64,000 bases of DNA. Source: an uncultured delta proteobacterium (lineage in GTDB: Bacteria > Desulfobacterota > Desulfobaccia > Desulfobaccales > 0-14-0-80-60-11). Shown piece by piece: positions 52,848 to 61,686 of this stretch. The stretch's first letter is position 1, and every line of letters begins with the position of its first letter. The notes beneath the pieces were generated by a model, which worked only from the letters and a program-made list of their open reading frames with translations, ran no database searches and was not told where the DNA came from. The DNA lies in NCBI GenBank assembly GCA_963812655.1, contig CAWEWX010000077.1, forward strand, positions 18,660 through 82,659, read 5' to 3'. A program made the position numbers and the translations under genes.

Positions 52848-53198
52848 TCAGGAAGGCAGCGAGCGCCGCACCACAGCCTTGAGAAGATCCAGATCAGGGG
52901 ATTTTACCACAAAATCATCGGCGCCCCAAGTGGAAAGATCATGGGGAGGAAGGGCGTGGGAGTAGAGGATCACCCGGGTCTCCTTACGGCTGCCCTTGAT
53001 GATCCGTCCGGCCTCTAATCCGGACATATCCGGTAGCAGAACTTCCAGGATAACCACGTCTGGCTTGAAGGATTCTACCAGGCGCACCACGTCCCGGCCC
53101 TTGCCGGTCACCAGGACCTCATAGCCCTCATCCTGCAATTCCTCCTGGCAGAGCTGGCGGATGTGGGGTTCGCTGTCAGCAAATAAGATCCTGCCCAT
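52848..53198 (-). CDS. stand-alone receiver (CheY-like) domain with Glu at the phospho-acceptor position
   Basis: GGAGG lies 7 nt before ATG 53198. ILFADSEP...PDVVILEVLLPDMSG...VILYSH...FVVKSP align to D12/D13, D57 (here E), T87 (S) and K109 of CheY. Confidence 0.8.
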   Translation of the reverse strand: MGRILFADSEPHIRQLCQEELQDEGYEVLVTGKGRDVVRLVESFKPDVVILEVLLPDMSGLEAGRIIKGSRKETRVILYSHALPPHDLSTWGADDFVVKSPDLDLLKAVVRRSLPS

Positions 53199-53329
53199 GG
53201 TAGCACCTCCTTTGGACAAGAGTGTGCTCCCCCCTTTTCAAGTTGATTAAAAGATAGTTATGGCAAGCTCGTTTGTCCAGTTGGCGGCCGCGGTGGCCTC
53301 GTTTTTTCCTCCTAAAAACGGGGGTCTTA

Positions 53330-54661
53330 TTATTTTCGGGGTTCGTGGCCGCCCGGCGGTTCTTCCCCCCGTTTGCGGCAGGCCTGCCAGCGGGCCACCA
53401 GGTCCGGCTCCACCCCCTCCTGGCCAGCCTCATAGAACCGCGCCCCGGCCAGTTCTTCCGGCAAATATTCCTGGGGCACGAAATGGCCGGGGAAATCGTG
53501 GGGATAGAGATAGCCCTGGCCGTGGCCCAGAGACTTGCGGTCCCGGTGAGAGTCTTGCAAGGGAGCGGGCACCCGGGTGGCGCCCTTTTCCTCCAGGGCC
53601 GCCCGGGCCCGGAAATAGGCCTGGGTGGAGTTGCTCTTCGGGGCCAGGGCCAGATAGATGGTGGCCTGGGCCAGGTGGTACTGCGCTTCCGGCAGTCCCA
53701 CCCAGGCGAGGGCCTGGGAGGCCGCGGCCACCTGCACCAGGGCGTGGGGATCGGCCAGGCCGATGTCCTCCGAGGCCAGGATCAGCAGCCGCCGCATAAT
53801 GAAGCGCTCATCCTCACCCGCCTCCAACATGCGGGCCAGCCAGTAGAGGGCCGCGTCCACCTCGGAGCCCCGGACGCTCTTGATGAAGGCCGACACCGTG
53901 TCGTAGTGGGCCTCTCCCTGCCGGTCGTAGACCAGGTCCCGCCGGGGCAGACATTCCCGGGCCGCCTCCAGGTCCACCCGGATGACTCCGGGCTCATCCA
54001 CTTCGCTGCTCAGGACCGCCAGTTCCAGGGCGTTCAGGGCCCGCCGGGCGTCGCCTCCGGCCAGGCGGGCGAAATGGAGCAGGGCCTCTTCGGTCACCGT
54101 CAACGCCATGGCCCCTAATCCCTGTTCCTGGTCCGCCAGGGCCCGGCGCAGGAGGGCGAGAATCTCAACCTCCTGAAGGGGCTCAAAGATGAAGACCCGG
54201 GCCCGGGATAGCAGCGGCCCGATGATTTCGAAATAAGGATTCTCCGTAGTGGCGCCGATGAGGGTGAGAAGCCCCTCCTCCACGTGGGGCAGCAGGGCGT
54301 CCTGCTGGGCCTTATTGAAGCGGTGGATTTCGTCGATGAGGAGGATGGTGCGGCGGCCCCGCTCCTGCCAGCCGCGAGCCTCTTCCACCACCCGGCGCAG
54401 GTCTGCCACCCCGGCCATCACCGCGCTGAGGCTGGCGAACTGGGCGTCCAGGCTGCGGGCTATAACCATCGCCAGGGTGGTCTTGCCGCTTCCCGGCGGG
54501 CCCCAGAAAATCATGGAGGAGAAGAGGCGGCCGGCCTTCAGGGCCCGCCACAAAAGGCGCCCGGGTCCCACCAGATGCTGCTGGCCCACAAATTCCTCCA
54601 GGCCCCGGGGACGCAGGCGCATCGCCAGGGGCTGCGGCGGCGTGAATAAGGTGGCAGTCAT
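53330..54661 (-). CDS. rarA: replication-associated recombination protein RarA/MgsA (AAA+)
   Basis: [42 protein letters not shown]-terminal MgsA domain (YLYPHDFP). Confidence 0.95.
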   Translation of the reverse strand: MTATLFTPPQPLAMRLRPRGLEEFVGQQHLVGPGRLLWRALKAGRLFSSMIFWGPPGSGKTTLAMVIARSLDAQFASLSAVMAGVADLRRVVEEARGWQERGRRTILLIDEIHRFNKAQQDALLPHVEEGLLTLIGATTENPYFEIIGPLLSRARVFIFEPLQEVEILALLRRALADQEQGLGAMALTVTEEALLHFARLAGGDARRALNALELAVLSSEVDEPGVIRVDLEAARECLPRRDLVYDRQGEAHYDTVSAFIKSVRGSEVDAALYWLARMLEAGEDERFIMRRLLILASEDIGLADPHALVQVAAASQALAWVGLPEAQYHLAQATIYLALAPKSNSTQAYFRARAALEEKGATRVPAPLQDSHRDRKSLGHGQGYLYPHDFPGHFVPQEYLPEELAGARFYEAGQEGVEPDLVARWQACRKRGEEPPGGHEPRK

Positions 54662-54946
54662 AGCAGGATCCGGTGGTTAGTGGTTAGGGTCATGGCTCAG
54701 ATTTTCCTTTAATAAAAAATGTCCTTCATCTTTAGCCTTTAAAATCTAGCCCCAAGCTTCCGCTTGCGAAAATCCTTATTAAAATGAGCGCAGGCTAAAG
54801 CCTGCGGCTGCCAGAACCTGCCGATATTTTTAAAGGTAGCTCTGCAACCTGAGATTAGTTTATAAAACTCCTTGAGAAGACGGCCTTCCGGGTGCATCTA
54901 GCTGGTAACCACCGCGTTCCATTTTTTCCCGGGGTTTCTCCGGCCC

Positions 54947-54976
54947 TTGCCATTTAGGTTAATTTTTGCTTATAAT
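54947..54976 (+). promoter_or_regulatory. candidate sigma70 promoter for the tatA-like pair
   Basis: TTGCCA (54947-52), 18 nt spacer, perfect TATAAT (54971-76). Lies about 45 nt upstream of ATG 55020. Confidence 0.5.
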
Positions 54977-55019
54977 TAAATTAACTTCACTAAATATTTG
55001 GCTTCAGAGAGGCCGCCCC

Positions 55020-55292
55020 ATGTTCGGCTATAATTTTTCCACCCTGCTCATCGTCCTGGTCATCGCCCTCCTGCTTTTCGGCCCCAAGCGTTTACCGGAG
55101 CTGGGAGAAAGTATCGGCAAGGCCATCCGGAGTTTTAAGACGGCCCATGATGACCCCAATGCGGTGGCTCCCAAGAACGAGATTCCCGGCGGGCCCGCGG
55201 CGCCCGGCGCCACCTGTCCCCAATGCCACAAGGATATCCCGGGGGAGTTCGCCTTTTGTCCCCATTGCGGCAACCGCGTAACCAAAGCTTAA
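55020..55292 (+). CDS. tatA: TatA/E-family protein with C-terminal zinc ribbon
   Basis: MFGYNFSTLLIVLVIALLLFGPKRLPELGESIGKAIRSFK is a canonical TatA TM-hinge-amphipathic helix. The tail has CPQCHKDIPGEFAFCPHCG (CxxC-x10-CxxC). Confidence 0.8.
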   Translation: MFGYNFSTLLIVLVIALLLFGPKRLPELGESIGKAIRSFKTAHDDPNAVAPKNEIPGGPAAPGATCPQCHKDIPGEFAFCPHCGNRVTKA

Positions 55293-55307
55293 TTTTCCGG
55301 TAGCGTG

Positions 55308-55676
55308 ATGGGAATAGATTTTGAAACGCTGATCATCCTTTTGGTGTTGGCCTTCATCCTCTTCGGACCCCAAAAACTACCGGAATATGCCGCCAAACTG
55401 GGGTGCCTGATCGCCAAGTTGCGTGAGGCCAGCTCGGAGCTAAGCCGGCAGTGCCAGACCTCCTTTCCCGATCTCATCCCACCGCCGCCCCCGCCCGGCG
55501 CCAACCAGCCCGCTCCCTGGCAGCCGCCGCCGATTCCGCCAACCTTCCCCTGCCCCAAGTGCTCCCGGGACCTGGGGCCGGATTTCGCCTATTGTCCTCA
55601 TTGCGGCCACCACCTGCAGGAAGGAGGGGAGGCGCCGCCCCCGCCCCCGCCCCCGCCCCAGACCCCGGCCTCCTGA
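55308..55676 (+). CDS. TatB/TatA-like protein with Pro-rich linker and C-terminal zinc ribbon
   Basis: MGIDFETLIILLVLAFILFGPQKLPEYAAKLGCLIAKLREAS is TatB-like. It is followed by PPPPPP...PPPIPP, then CPKCSRDLGPDFAYCPHCG, then a poly-Pro tail. Start is ATG 55308 or GTG 55305. Confidence 0.75.
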   Translation: MGIDFETLIILLVLAFILFGPQKLPEYAAKLGCLIAKLREASSELSRQCQTSFPDLIPPPPPPGANQPAPWQPPPIPPTFPCPKCSRDLGPDFAYCPHCGHHLQEGGEAPPPPPPPPQTPAS

Positions 55677-55745
55677 AAAGGCTCCGCGCCCGGAAGCAGC
55701 CCCGCTTCGATAACTGCTGGCGCCCCGGCTCACCGGAGGTAATCC

Positions 55746-56261
55746 TTGATCCGCCCCTTGACCAATGATGAAGTTGGGGTCGCCCTGAAGATCATCAATG
55801 AGGCGGCCAGGGCTTATCAAGGAGTAATCCCCGAAGATTGCTGGCAGGAGCCGTACATGTCCGGGGACGAGCTGCAGGCGGAGATCGCCGCGGGGGTCGA
55901 TTTTTGGGCTTACCAAGGCTCAAGGGATCTCCTGGGGGTCATGGGACGCCAGCCCCTTACCGAGGTTACCCTGATCCGTCATGCTTATGTGCTCCCGCTG
56001 GCGCAGCAACAGGGCATCGGGGCCCAGCTATTGGACCACTTGCTCAAGGGGGTCAACGCCCCCGTCCTCGTGGGCACCTGGGCCGCGGCCTGGTGGGCCA
56101 TCCGCTTCTATGAAAAATACGGCTTCAGGCAGGTGGCCCCGGATGAAAAGGATCGGCTGCTGCGGCGCTACTGGACCATCTCGGACCGTCAAGTGGAAAC
56201 CTCGGTGGTCTTGGCGGATGGGAAGTGGTTCGCTTCTGGCGTCAAAAGGATTTTTTTGTAA
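55746..56261 (+). CDS. GNAT-family N-acetyltransferase
   Basis: GGAGG lies 6 nt before TTG 55746. VLPLAQQQGIGAQLLDHL and FYEKYGF motifs. Confidence 0.75.
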   Translation: MIRPLTNDEVGVALKIINEAARAYQGVIPEDCWQEPYMSGDELQAEIAAGVDFWAYQGSRDLLGVMGRQPLTEVTLIRHAYVLPLAQQQGIGAQLLDHLLKGVNAPVLVGTWAAAWWAIRFYEKYGFRQVAPDEKDRLLRRYWTISDRQVETSVVLADGKWFASGVKRIFL

Positions 56262-56326
56262 GGGCGCACACTTGGGTGCGCTCCTACAGTCGGCTTCTGC
56301 CTGAGAGCATAATCCCTGAGTACCCG

Positions 56327-56529
56327 ATTTCATAAATCCGGTAACGTATTATTAACCGCGGGAGCAAGTGATTAATTCCCCCTCACCCTAACCCTCTCCC
56401 CCTCGAGGGGGAGAGGGGATAAAGTGCCAAGGCTTAAAATGCTCCCTCTCCCCCCGGTGGGGGGAGAGGGCTGGGGTGAGGGGGGGGGGTGACAAGAAAC
56501 ATTACCATATTTAAGAAATCAAGTACTAA
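56327..56529. repeat. dispersed composite hairpin repeat, family B, copy 2
   Basis: Aligns with 29741-29940 in the same orientation. Contains a G9 run at about 56472-56480. Confidence 0.85.
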
Positions 56530-56651
56530 GCCCCCAAAACAGGAAAGCCACGAACCCTTTCCAGGTTTTAAAACCGGAAGCGGCCTTCGTGGCTTCTAGC
56601 GGAGTGTTCCGCCCGGATAACTTGCCGCGGCAGATCTGACCTGGAACCCCT

Positions 56652-57515
56652 TTAAGCTAAGTGGTATTCCCGGCGGCGCCAAGCCTTCAGGGCCGTAAGC
56701 AGCCGATAGCTGAGCCGCTCTTGGCCGGGCATGCTTCCCAGGACGATCTCCGGCTTGTTGTCCCCGTGGAAGTCGGAGCCCCCGCTGACCAGCAGCCCCA
56801 GCTCCCGGGCCAGCCGCAGGTAGAGGGCTTCCTGCTCCGGGGTGTGCTCCGCATAGATGGCCTCGATGCCGGCCAGGCCCATGGCCGTTAATTCCTCGAG
56901 GAGATTTTTCAGCGCCCGGGCGGAGCCCAACCCCAGGGTAAAGGGGTGGGCCAGGACCGGGACTCCCTGGACCTCCCGAATCATGGCGATGGCCTGCTCC
57001 GGGGGGAAGCGGAACTTGGGGACGTAGGCCTTGCCCTGGTAGCGCAGGTAGAGGTCGAAGGCCTCCTGGATGGACCTGACATAGCCGGCCTCCATCAGAG
57101 CCCGGGCGATGTGGGGCCGGCCCATCATACCCTGGCCGGAAATCTTCGCCACCTGCTCCAGGGTAATGGGGAGCCCCAGGGCGTTCAACTTGGCGATGAT
57201 CTGGGGATTGCGTTCGACCCGGGCCTGCTTCAGGACCGCCAGGCGTTGGTGCAGATGGCCGTTGCTGAAATCGAGGTCCAGACCCAGGATATGCATGGTG
57301 CCGCCGGGATAGCGGGCGCTCACTTCGACCCCGGGGATGACCTCCACCCCGTAGGCGGCGCCCGCGGCCACCGCCTCGGCCAGGCCGTCAATCGTGTCGT
57401 GGTCGGTGAGGGCCATGGCCTTGAGGCCCCCTTCCCTGGCCAGGCGCACCACCTCCGCCGGCGCAAAGGTGCCGTCGGAGGCGTTGGAGTGGACGTGCAG
57501 GTCGATTAATTCCAT
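56652..57515 (-). CDS. PHP-domain phosphoesterase (TrpH/YciV-like)
   Basis: MELIDLHVHSNASDG, ALTDHDT, GGSDFHG. Confidence 0.85.
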   Translation of the reverse strand: MELIDLHVHSNASDGTFAPAEVVRLAREGGLKAMALTDHDTIDGLAEAVAAGAAYGVEVIPGVEVSARYPGGTMHILGLDLDFSNGHLHQRLAVLKQARVERNPQIIAKLNALGLPITLEQVAKISGQGMMGRPHIARALMEAGYVRSIQEAFDLYLRYQGKAYVPKFRFPPEQAIAMIREVQGVPVLAHPFTLGLGSARALKNLLEELTAMGLAGIEAIYAEHTPEQEALYLRLARELGLLVSGGSDFHGDNKPEIVLGSMPGQERLSYRLLTALKAWRRREYHLA

Positions 57516-57550
57516 TTTTCTGACTTTCTAGCCAAAGCAGGAGCTTGGGG

Positions 57551-57745
57551 CAAATTCCCGTTCCCCAACAGGAGCTTGGGAACTAGAATAAAGTTATGGT
57601 GCGCAGTGCGCACCCTACATGAAGACTTTCCGGAACAGCTAATGTAGGTGGGCACTGCCCACCAATTCCTTAAAACCTCGCTTTGGGTCTTTTGCTTTAG
57701 CTGACATCTAATAGCTGCAGAGCGACCCAACGGGTCGCCCCTACC
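57551..57745. repeat. cluster of four or more unrelated REP-like hairpins
   Basis: GTTCCC..GGGAAC (57560-83), GGTGCGC-AGT-GCGCACC+CTAC (57598-618), GTAG+GGTGGGC-ACT-GCCCACC (57643-63; flanks match the reverse complement of 7041-7075), GCGACCC-AAC-GGGTCGC+CCCTAC (57722-44). Confidence 0.8.
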
Positions 57746-57763
57746 TGGCTGCCAGCTTCTGGA

Positions 57764-58480
57764 TCACCCTCCAATCAGAGCGATCATTTCCCGGACCGCC
57801 CGCTCGATCCCCACCAGCACGGCCCGGGCGATGATGGCGTGGCCGATGGAGTATTCGGCGAATTCCTCCCGGCCCCGGAAGGGTTTAATGTTCCGGTAGT
57901 TGAGGCCGTGGCCGCACTTCACCTTCAGGCCGAGGCTGCGGGCGTGACGGGCGGCGTTCACCAATTCCTGGAAGAGCCGGGTAGCCTCGGCCCGAGTGGG
58001 CGCCTCGGCGTAACTGCCGGTGTGCAACTCCACCCATTCGGCCCCCACTTCCTTGGCGGCCTGGATCTGCGGGTCCACCGGGTCCACGAACAGGCTGACC
58101 CGCAAGCCCGCCGCCTTTAAGGCCAGCAGATACTCCGCCAATGCCCCCCGGTTGCCCGCCACCTCCAGGCCCCCTTCGGTGGTGAGCTCCTGGCGCTTTT
58201 CCGGCACCAGGGTCACCAGGTCCGGCTGCACCTCCCGGGCGACCTCCAGCATCTCCTGGGTGGCGGCCATCTCCAGGTTGAGACGGGTTTTGAGCGTCTT
58301 TCTAAGCAGCCTCAAGTCACGGTCCTGGATATGGCGGCGGTCCTCCCGGAGGTGGACGATGATGCCATCGGCCCCGGCCAGCTCCGCCAGGGCGGCGGCG
58401 GTCACCGGGTCGGGCTCATCGATGAGGCGGGCCTGCCGCAGGGTCGCCACATGATCCACGTTCACTTCCAATCGAGGCAC
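57764..58480 (-). CDS. pdxJ: pyridoxine 5'-phosphate synthase PdxJ
   Basis: [34 protein letters not shown]. Confidence 0.95.
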   Translation of the reverse strand: MPRLEVNVDHVATLRQARLIDEPDPVTAAALAELAGADGIIVHLREDRRHIQDRDLRLLRKTLKTRLNLEMAATQEMLEVAREVQPDLVTLVPEKRQELTTEGGLEVAGNRGALAEYLLALKAAGLRVSLFVDPVDPQIQAAKEVGAEWVELHTGSYAEAPTRAEATRLFQELVNAARHARSLGLKVKCGHGLNYRNIKPFRGREEFAEYSIGHAIIARAVLVGIERAVREMIALIGG

Positions 58481-58603
58481 GCCAAGTCCTCCTTGAGGTG
58501 CAGTTACCAGTTTCTGCCAGTTGCCAGGGTAGGCAGGGGTTCCTGGGAATTGTCAGCTATTACACCCAAGTTTCGCACCAAGTATGAATGGGAGTGGAAA
58601 AGA

Positions 58604-58660
58604 GATTAAATTCCCCCTCACCCTTGCCCTCTCCCCCTCGAGAGGGAGAGGGGATAAAGA
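58604..58660. repeat. half copy of family B repeat
   Basis: GATTAAATTCCCCCTCACCCTTGCCCTCTCCCCCTCGAGAGGGAGAGGGGATAAAGA matches only the left hairpin module of 56360-56425. Confidence 0.7.
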
Positions 58661-58776
58661 TGGAACCCCTTTCATGCTCCGGTTAATAACTGACTACACA
58701 GGCCAGAGGCCCAGGCCACCAAGTCCGGGCAGCCTAGGCGTCCCGCGCGTGTATTTTATTCAGGTGCGAAACTTGA

Positions 58777-59289
58777 CTATTTCAGTTGCCGATGGAGCAA
58801 CCCCATCAGCTCCCAGGTCTTGCGGGTCATGGCCGCCTCCTCCGGAGGTGTCCCATGGTCATAGCCCAGCAGGTGTAATATACCGTGAATCAGGAAAAAG
58901 TCGAAGAGTTCCTGCCAGGGCCAGCCATGTTGCCTGGCCTGGTTAATGGTGGTCTCCAGAGAGATGACCACCTCTCCCAGGGCCGTCGGCGGGCTTGAAC
59001 TGGAGGCGGAGCGCGGCCCGGGGCCCGGAGCGCCCCGATTTTCCCGGGCCAGCCCATCTCCGGCGAGGGCGAGGTGTGGGGCGTCCAGGGGGAAGGAAAT
59101 AACGTTGGTGGGACCCCGGCGCCCGAAGGTCTCACGGTTGAGGCGGGCCATGGCCCGGTCCCCCAGGATGGTGAGGCTCAGCTCCGCCTCAGACCAGCCC
59201 AAGGCGTTTAAGATCTTTCCGGCTCTTTTCTTGATTCTCTCCGGATTTAGCGCCATTTTTCTTTGGCGGTTGCTTATCCAAATCCTCAT
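58777..59289 (-). CDS. ybeY: rRNA maturation endoribonuclease YbeY, with a low-complexity insertion
   Basis: MRIWISNRQ..., TNVISFP, HGILHLLGYDH. About 25 extra Gly/Pro/Ser-rich residues lie between SFP and LGE compared with E. coli YbeY. ATG 59289 lies 101 nt inside the upstream ORF. Confidence 0.85.
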   Translation of the reverse strand: MRIWISNRQRKMALNPERIKKRAGKILNALGWSEAELSLTILGDRAMARLNRETFGRRGPTNVISFPLDAPHLALAGDGLARENRGAPGPGPRSASSSSPPTALGEVVISLETTINQARQHGWPWQELFDFFLIHGILHLLGYDHGTPPEEAAMTRKTWELMGLLHRQLK

Positions 59290-61633
59290 GGATTCTCTTC
59301 TTTTCGACGCTCTGGGGATAATTGATGCGATGGTGGAAGATGCCACCCAGGATCTTGTGAAAGCTCTTGGCGATGTGGTGCAAGTCCCTCAGGGTCAGCT
59401 CGCATTCGTCCAACTGGCCGTCCGCGAAGACATTGTTGACGATCTTCTGCACCATTCCCTGGATACGGGCGGGGGTGGGATCGCTGAGGGTCCGGGAGGC
59501 GGCCTCCGCCTGGTCCGCCAGGAGGACCAACCCGGCTTCCTTGGTTTGGGGCCGGGGGCCGGGATAGCGATAGTCCTCGGCTTTTACCGCCTGGGGGTTG
59601 GCCGCCTGGGCCTGGGCCTTATGGTAAAAATAGGTGATAAAGCTGGTGCCGTGATGCTGCTGGATGATGTCGGTAATGGCCTCTCCCAGTTGTTGTTTCC
59701 GGGCCAGGTCCACCCCGTCCTTGACGTGGGAGATGAGAATCAGGCTACTCAAGGAGGGAGCCAACTTTTCGTGCTTGTTTTCCCCGTCCATCTGGTTTTC
59801 CACGAAATAGAGGGGCTTTTTGATTTTACCGATGTCGTGGTAATAGGCCGCCGCCTTGGCCAGCATGGGACTGGCGCCGATGGTTTCGGCCGCCGCCTCC
59901 ACCATCTGGCCCACCACCAGGGAATGGTGATAGGTGCCCGGGGCCATCAGCATCAGATCCCGGAGCACCGGCTGATCCAGGTTCAAAAGTTCCAGCAGGC
60001 GGATGTTGGAGGAGAAGTGAAAGCCCACCTCCATAATCGGGGTGAGACCCAGGGCCAGGATGCCGGTGAGCAAGCCCCCGGAAAAGGCAAAGACCTCTCC
60101 GTTGAACAGGTCTTGGAAGCCGAAGGGGTATTCCAGCAGTTTGAAAGCGGCCAGGAGGGCCATATTGGCCAGGCTGATGGCCAGCCCCGCCTGGATCAAG
60201 GCGCTGCGGCGGCGGCAGTTCTTCACCCCCCAAACCGCCACCAGGCCGGCAATGACGAAGTAGAGGAACAGGGGAAAGGGCCGCTCCACCATCAGGGCGG
60301 TAAAGGTGGCGTTCAAAAAGGCCACTCCCACCCCGGTTTCCAGGCCCAGGAACATGGCGGCAAAGATGGCCGGCAACCCCAGGGGCAGCATAAACACCAG
60401 GTTTTGGCCCACCAGCGGCAGGCTCCAGGATAGATTCTCACCCAGGACCAGGAGAAATTTATTCAGCAGGGCGCTAACCAGCAGCAAGACCGCCAGGAAG
60501 CCCAGGTCCAGGAGGCGCTGGGAAAAGTTCCGCAGGGAGAGACTGGCCAACTGGTAAAAGACCGCCAGCAGTAGGGTCAGGGTGAGGAAAATGCCCAGGA
60601 ACACCACCACTGCCCGGCTGCGGGGATAGAGTTTGCTCTGGGCCTCCAATTGCGCCAGGTGTAGGGTGGTGATGGGCTCCCCTTCCCGCACCAGCATCTC
60701 ACCCCGTTTGACCTTGAAATAGACCGGCTGCAAGGAGCTTAGTTTGGCTCTTTGGCGCGCGCTGGTTTCGGCCAGGTTGGGGGAGACGTTGGGCACCAGC
60801 AGATGCTGGGCCAGATCGCATACCAGCAAGCGTTCCGTCGGCGAGAGCTCTGCCGCCACCTGCCCGCAATAGCCGGCGACGGATTTTCGGCCCTCATCCA
60901 TTTCCACAAAGGGAAAGGGAGCCTGCTGCAACTGTTCTTTTTGGGAAGGCAGACGCCGCACCAGGATCTCCTTGGGGGGCGGTTGCAGGACGGTGCGGCT
61001 GCTGATCACTCCTTGATTGAAAAACTGGCCCAGAACCTGGCTGGTCATGGCCTCCAGGTAGGGGGAGAAATCCGTCTTGACCAGCAGTGAGAAGGTGGAA
61101 TTGGGGATGGATACCCCCAGGAGCTGGTCGAACTCCGGCTTATGCTCTAGCAGCACTTTATAAGAGACGCCCCCCCGGGGCCGGGCCCGGCTGCCTGACG
61201 CCGGCCGCCCGCCGTTGGCAGCCGACGAGCTTTCCGGGGAAAGGCGGCGCAAATAATCCATGGCCTTCTGGAGGCGCTGCTGCACCTTATCGGCCATTTG
61301 CTCCTCCAGGTCGAAGACCGGCGGGATCTGGGCCAGCAATTCCCGCTGCCGTTGGGTGGTGGTCTCCACGTCCTCCACCAGAAACCCCCTGATGGCCTTG
61401 ACGTTCTCCCGGGCGATGTCCCCCACCTTATATTGCCTGGCGGTGGCGGGAGTCCGGGGCGACAGGATGAAGGCCAGCCCCAGGCTCAAAAACAGGAGCA
61501 GCGCCAGTTTGATGGCCCACTCCTCCCGCGGCAGCACCGGCAGCTTGCGGGACAGGGAGTGGGGCAGGCGGGAGCGCAGGCGCTCCAGCCCGAAGAGGTG
61601 CCGGATTTTGCCGGGCGGTTCTTTGTCAGGCAT
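59189..61633 (-). CDS. 7TM-receptor/HD-domain membrane phosphohydrolase (PgpH/YqfF-like)
   Basis: 814 aa with an extracellular N-domain, a 7TM block and HD/HDIG (YHHSLVVG, YHDIGKIKKP). In the conserved position between phoH and ybeY. Lys-rich ~40 aa tail. Confidence 0.9.
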   Translation of the reverse strand: MPDKEPPGKIRHLFGLERLRSRLPHSLSRKLPVLPREEWAIKLALLLFLSLGLAFILSPRTPATARQYKVGDIARENVKAIRGFLVEDVETTTQRQRELLAQIPPVFDLEEQMADKVQQRLQKAMDYLRRLSPESSSAANGGRPASGSRARPRGGVSYKVLLEHKPEFDQLLGVSIPNSTFSLLVKTDFSPYLEAMTSQVLGQFFNQGVISSRTVLQPPPKEILVRRLPSQKEQLQQAPFPFVEMDEGRKSVAGYCGQVAAELSPTERLLVCDLAQHLLVPNVSPNLAETSARQRAKLSSLQPVYFKVKRGEMLVREGEPITTLHLAQLEAQSKLYPRSRAVVVFLGIFLTLTLLLAVFYQLASLSLRNFSQRLLDLGFLAVLLLVSALLNKFLLVLGENLSWSLPLVGQNLVFMLPLGLPAIFAAMFLGLETGVGVAFLNATFTALMVERPFPLFLYFVIAGLVAVWGVKNCRRRSALIQAGLAISLANMALLAAFKLLEYPFGFQDLFNGEVFAFSGGLLTGILALGLTPIMEVGFHFSSNIRLLELLNLDQPVLRDLMLMAPGTYHHSLVVGQMVEAAAETIGASPMLAKAAAYYHDIGKIKKPLYFVENQMDGENKHEKLAPSLSSLILISHVKDGVDLARKQQLGEAITDIIQQHHGTSFITYFYHKAQAQAANPQAVKAEDYRYPGPRPQTKEAGLVLLADQAEAASRTLSDPTPARIQGMVQKIVNNVFADGQLDECELTLRDLHHIAKSFHKILGGIFHHRINYPQSVEKKRIHEDLDKQPPKKNGAKSGENQEKSRKDLKRLGLV

Positions 61634-61686
61634 GGTGACGGTCCGTTGGCGCCGGCGTCTCGCCGGCGCTTAATCTCTGGTCATGG

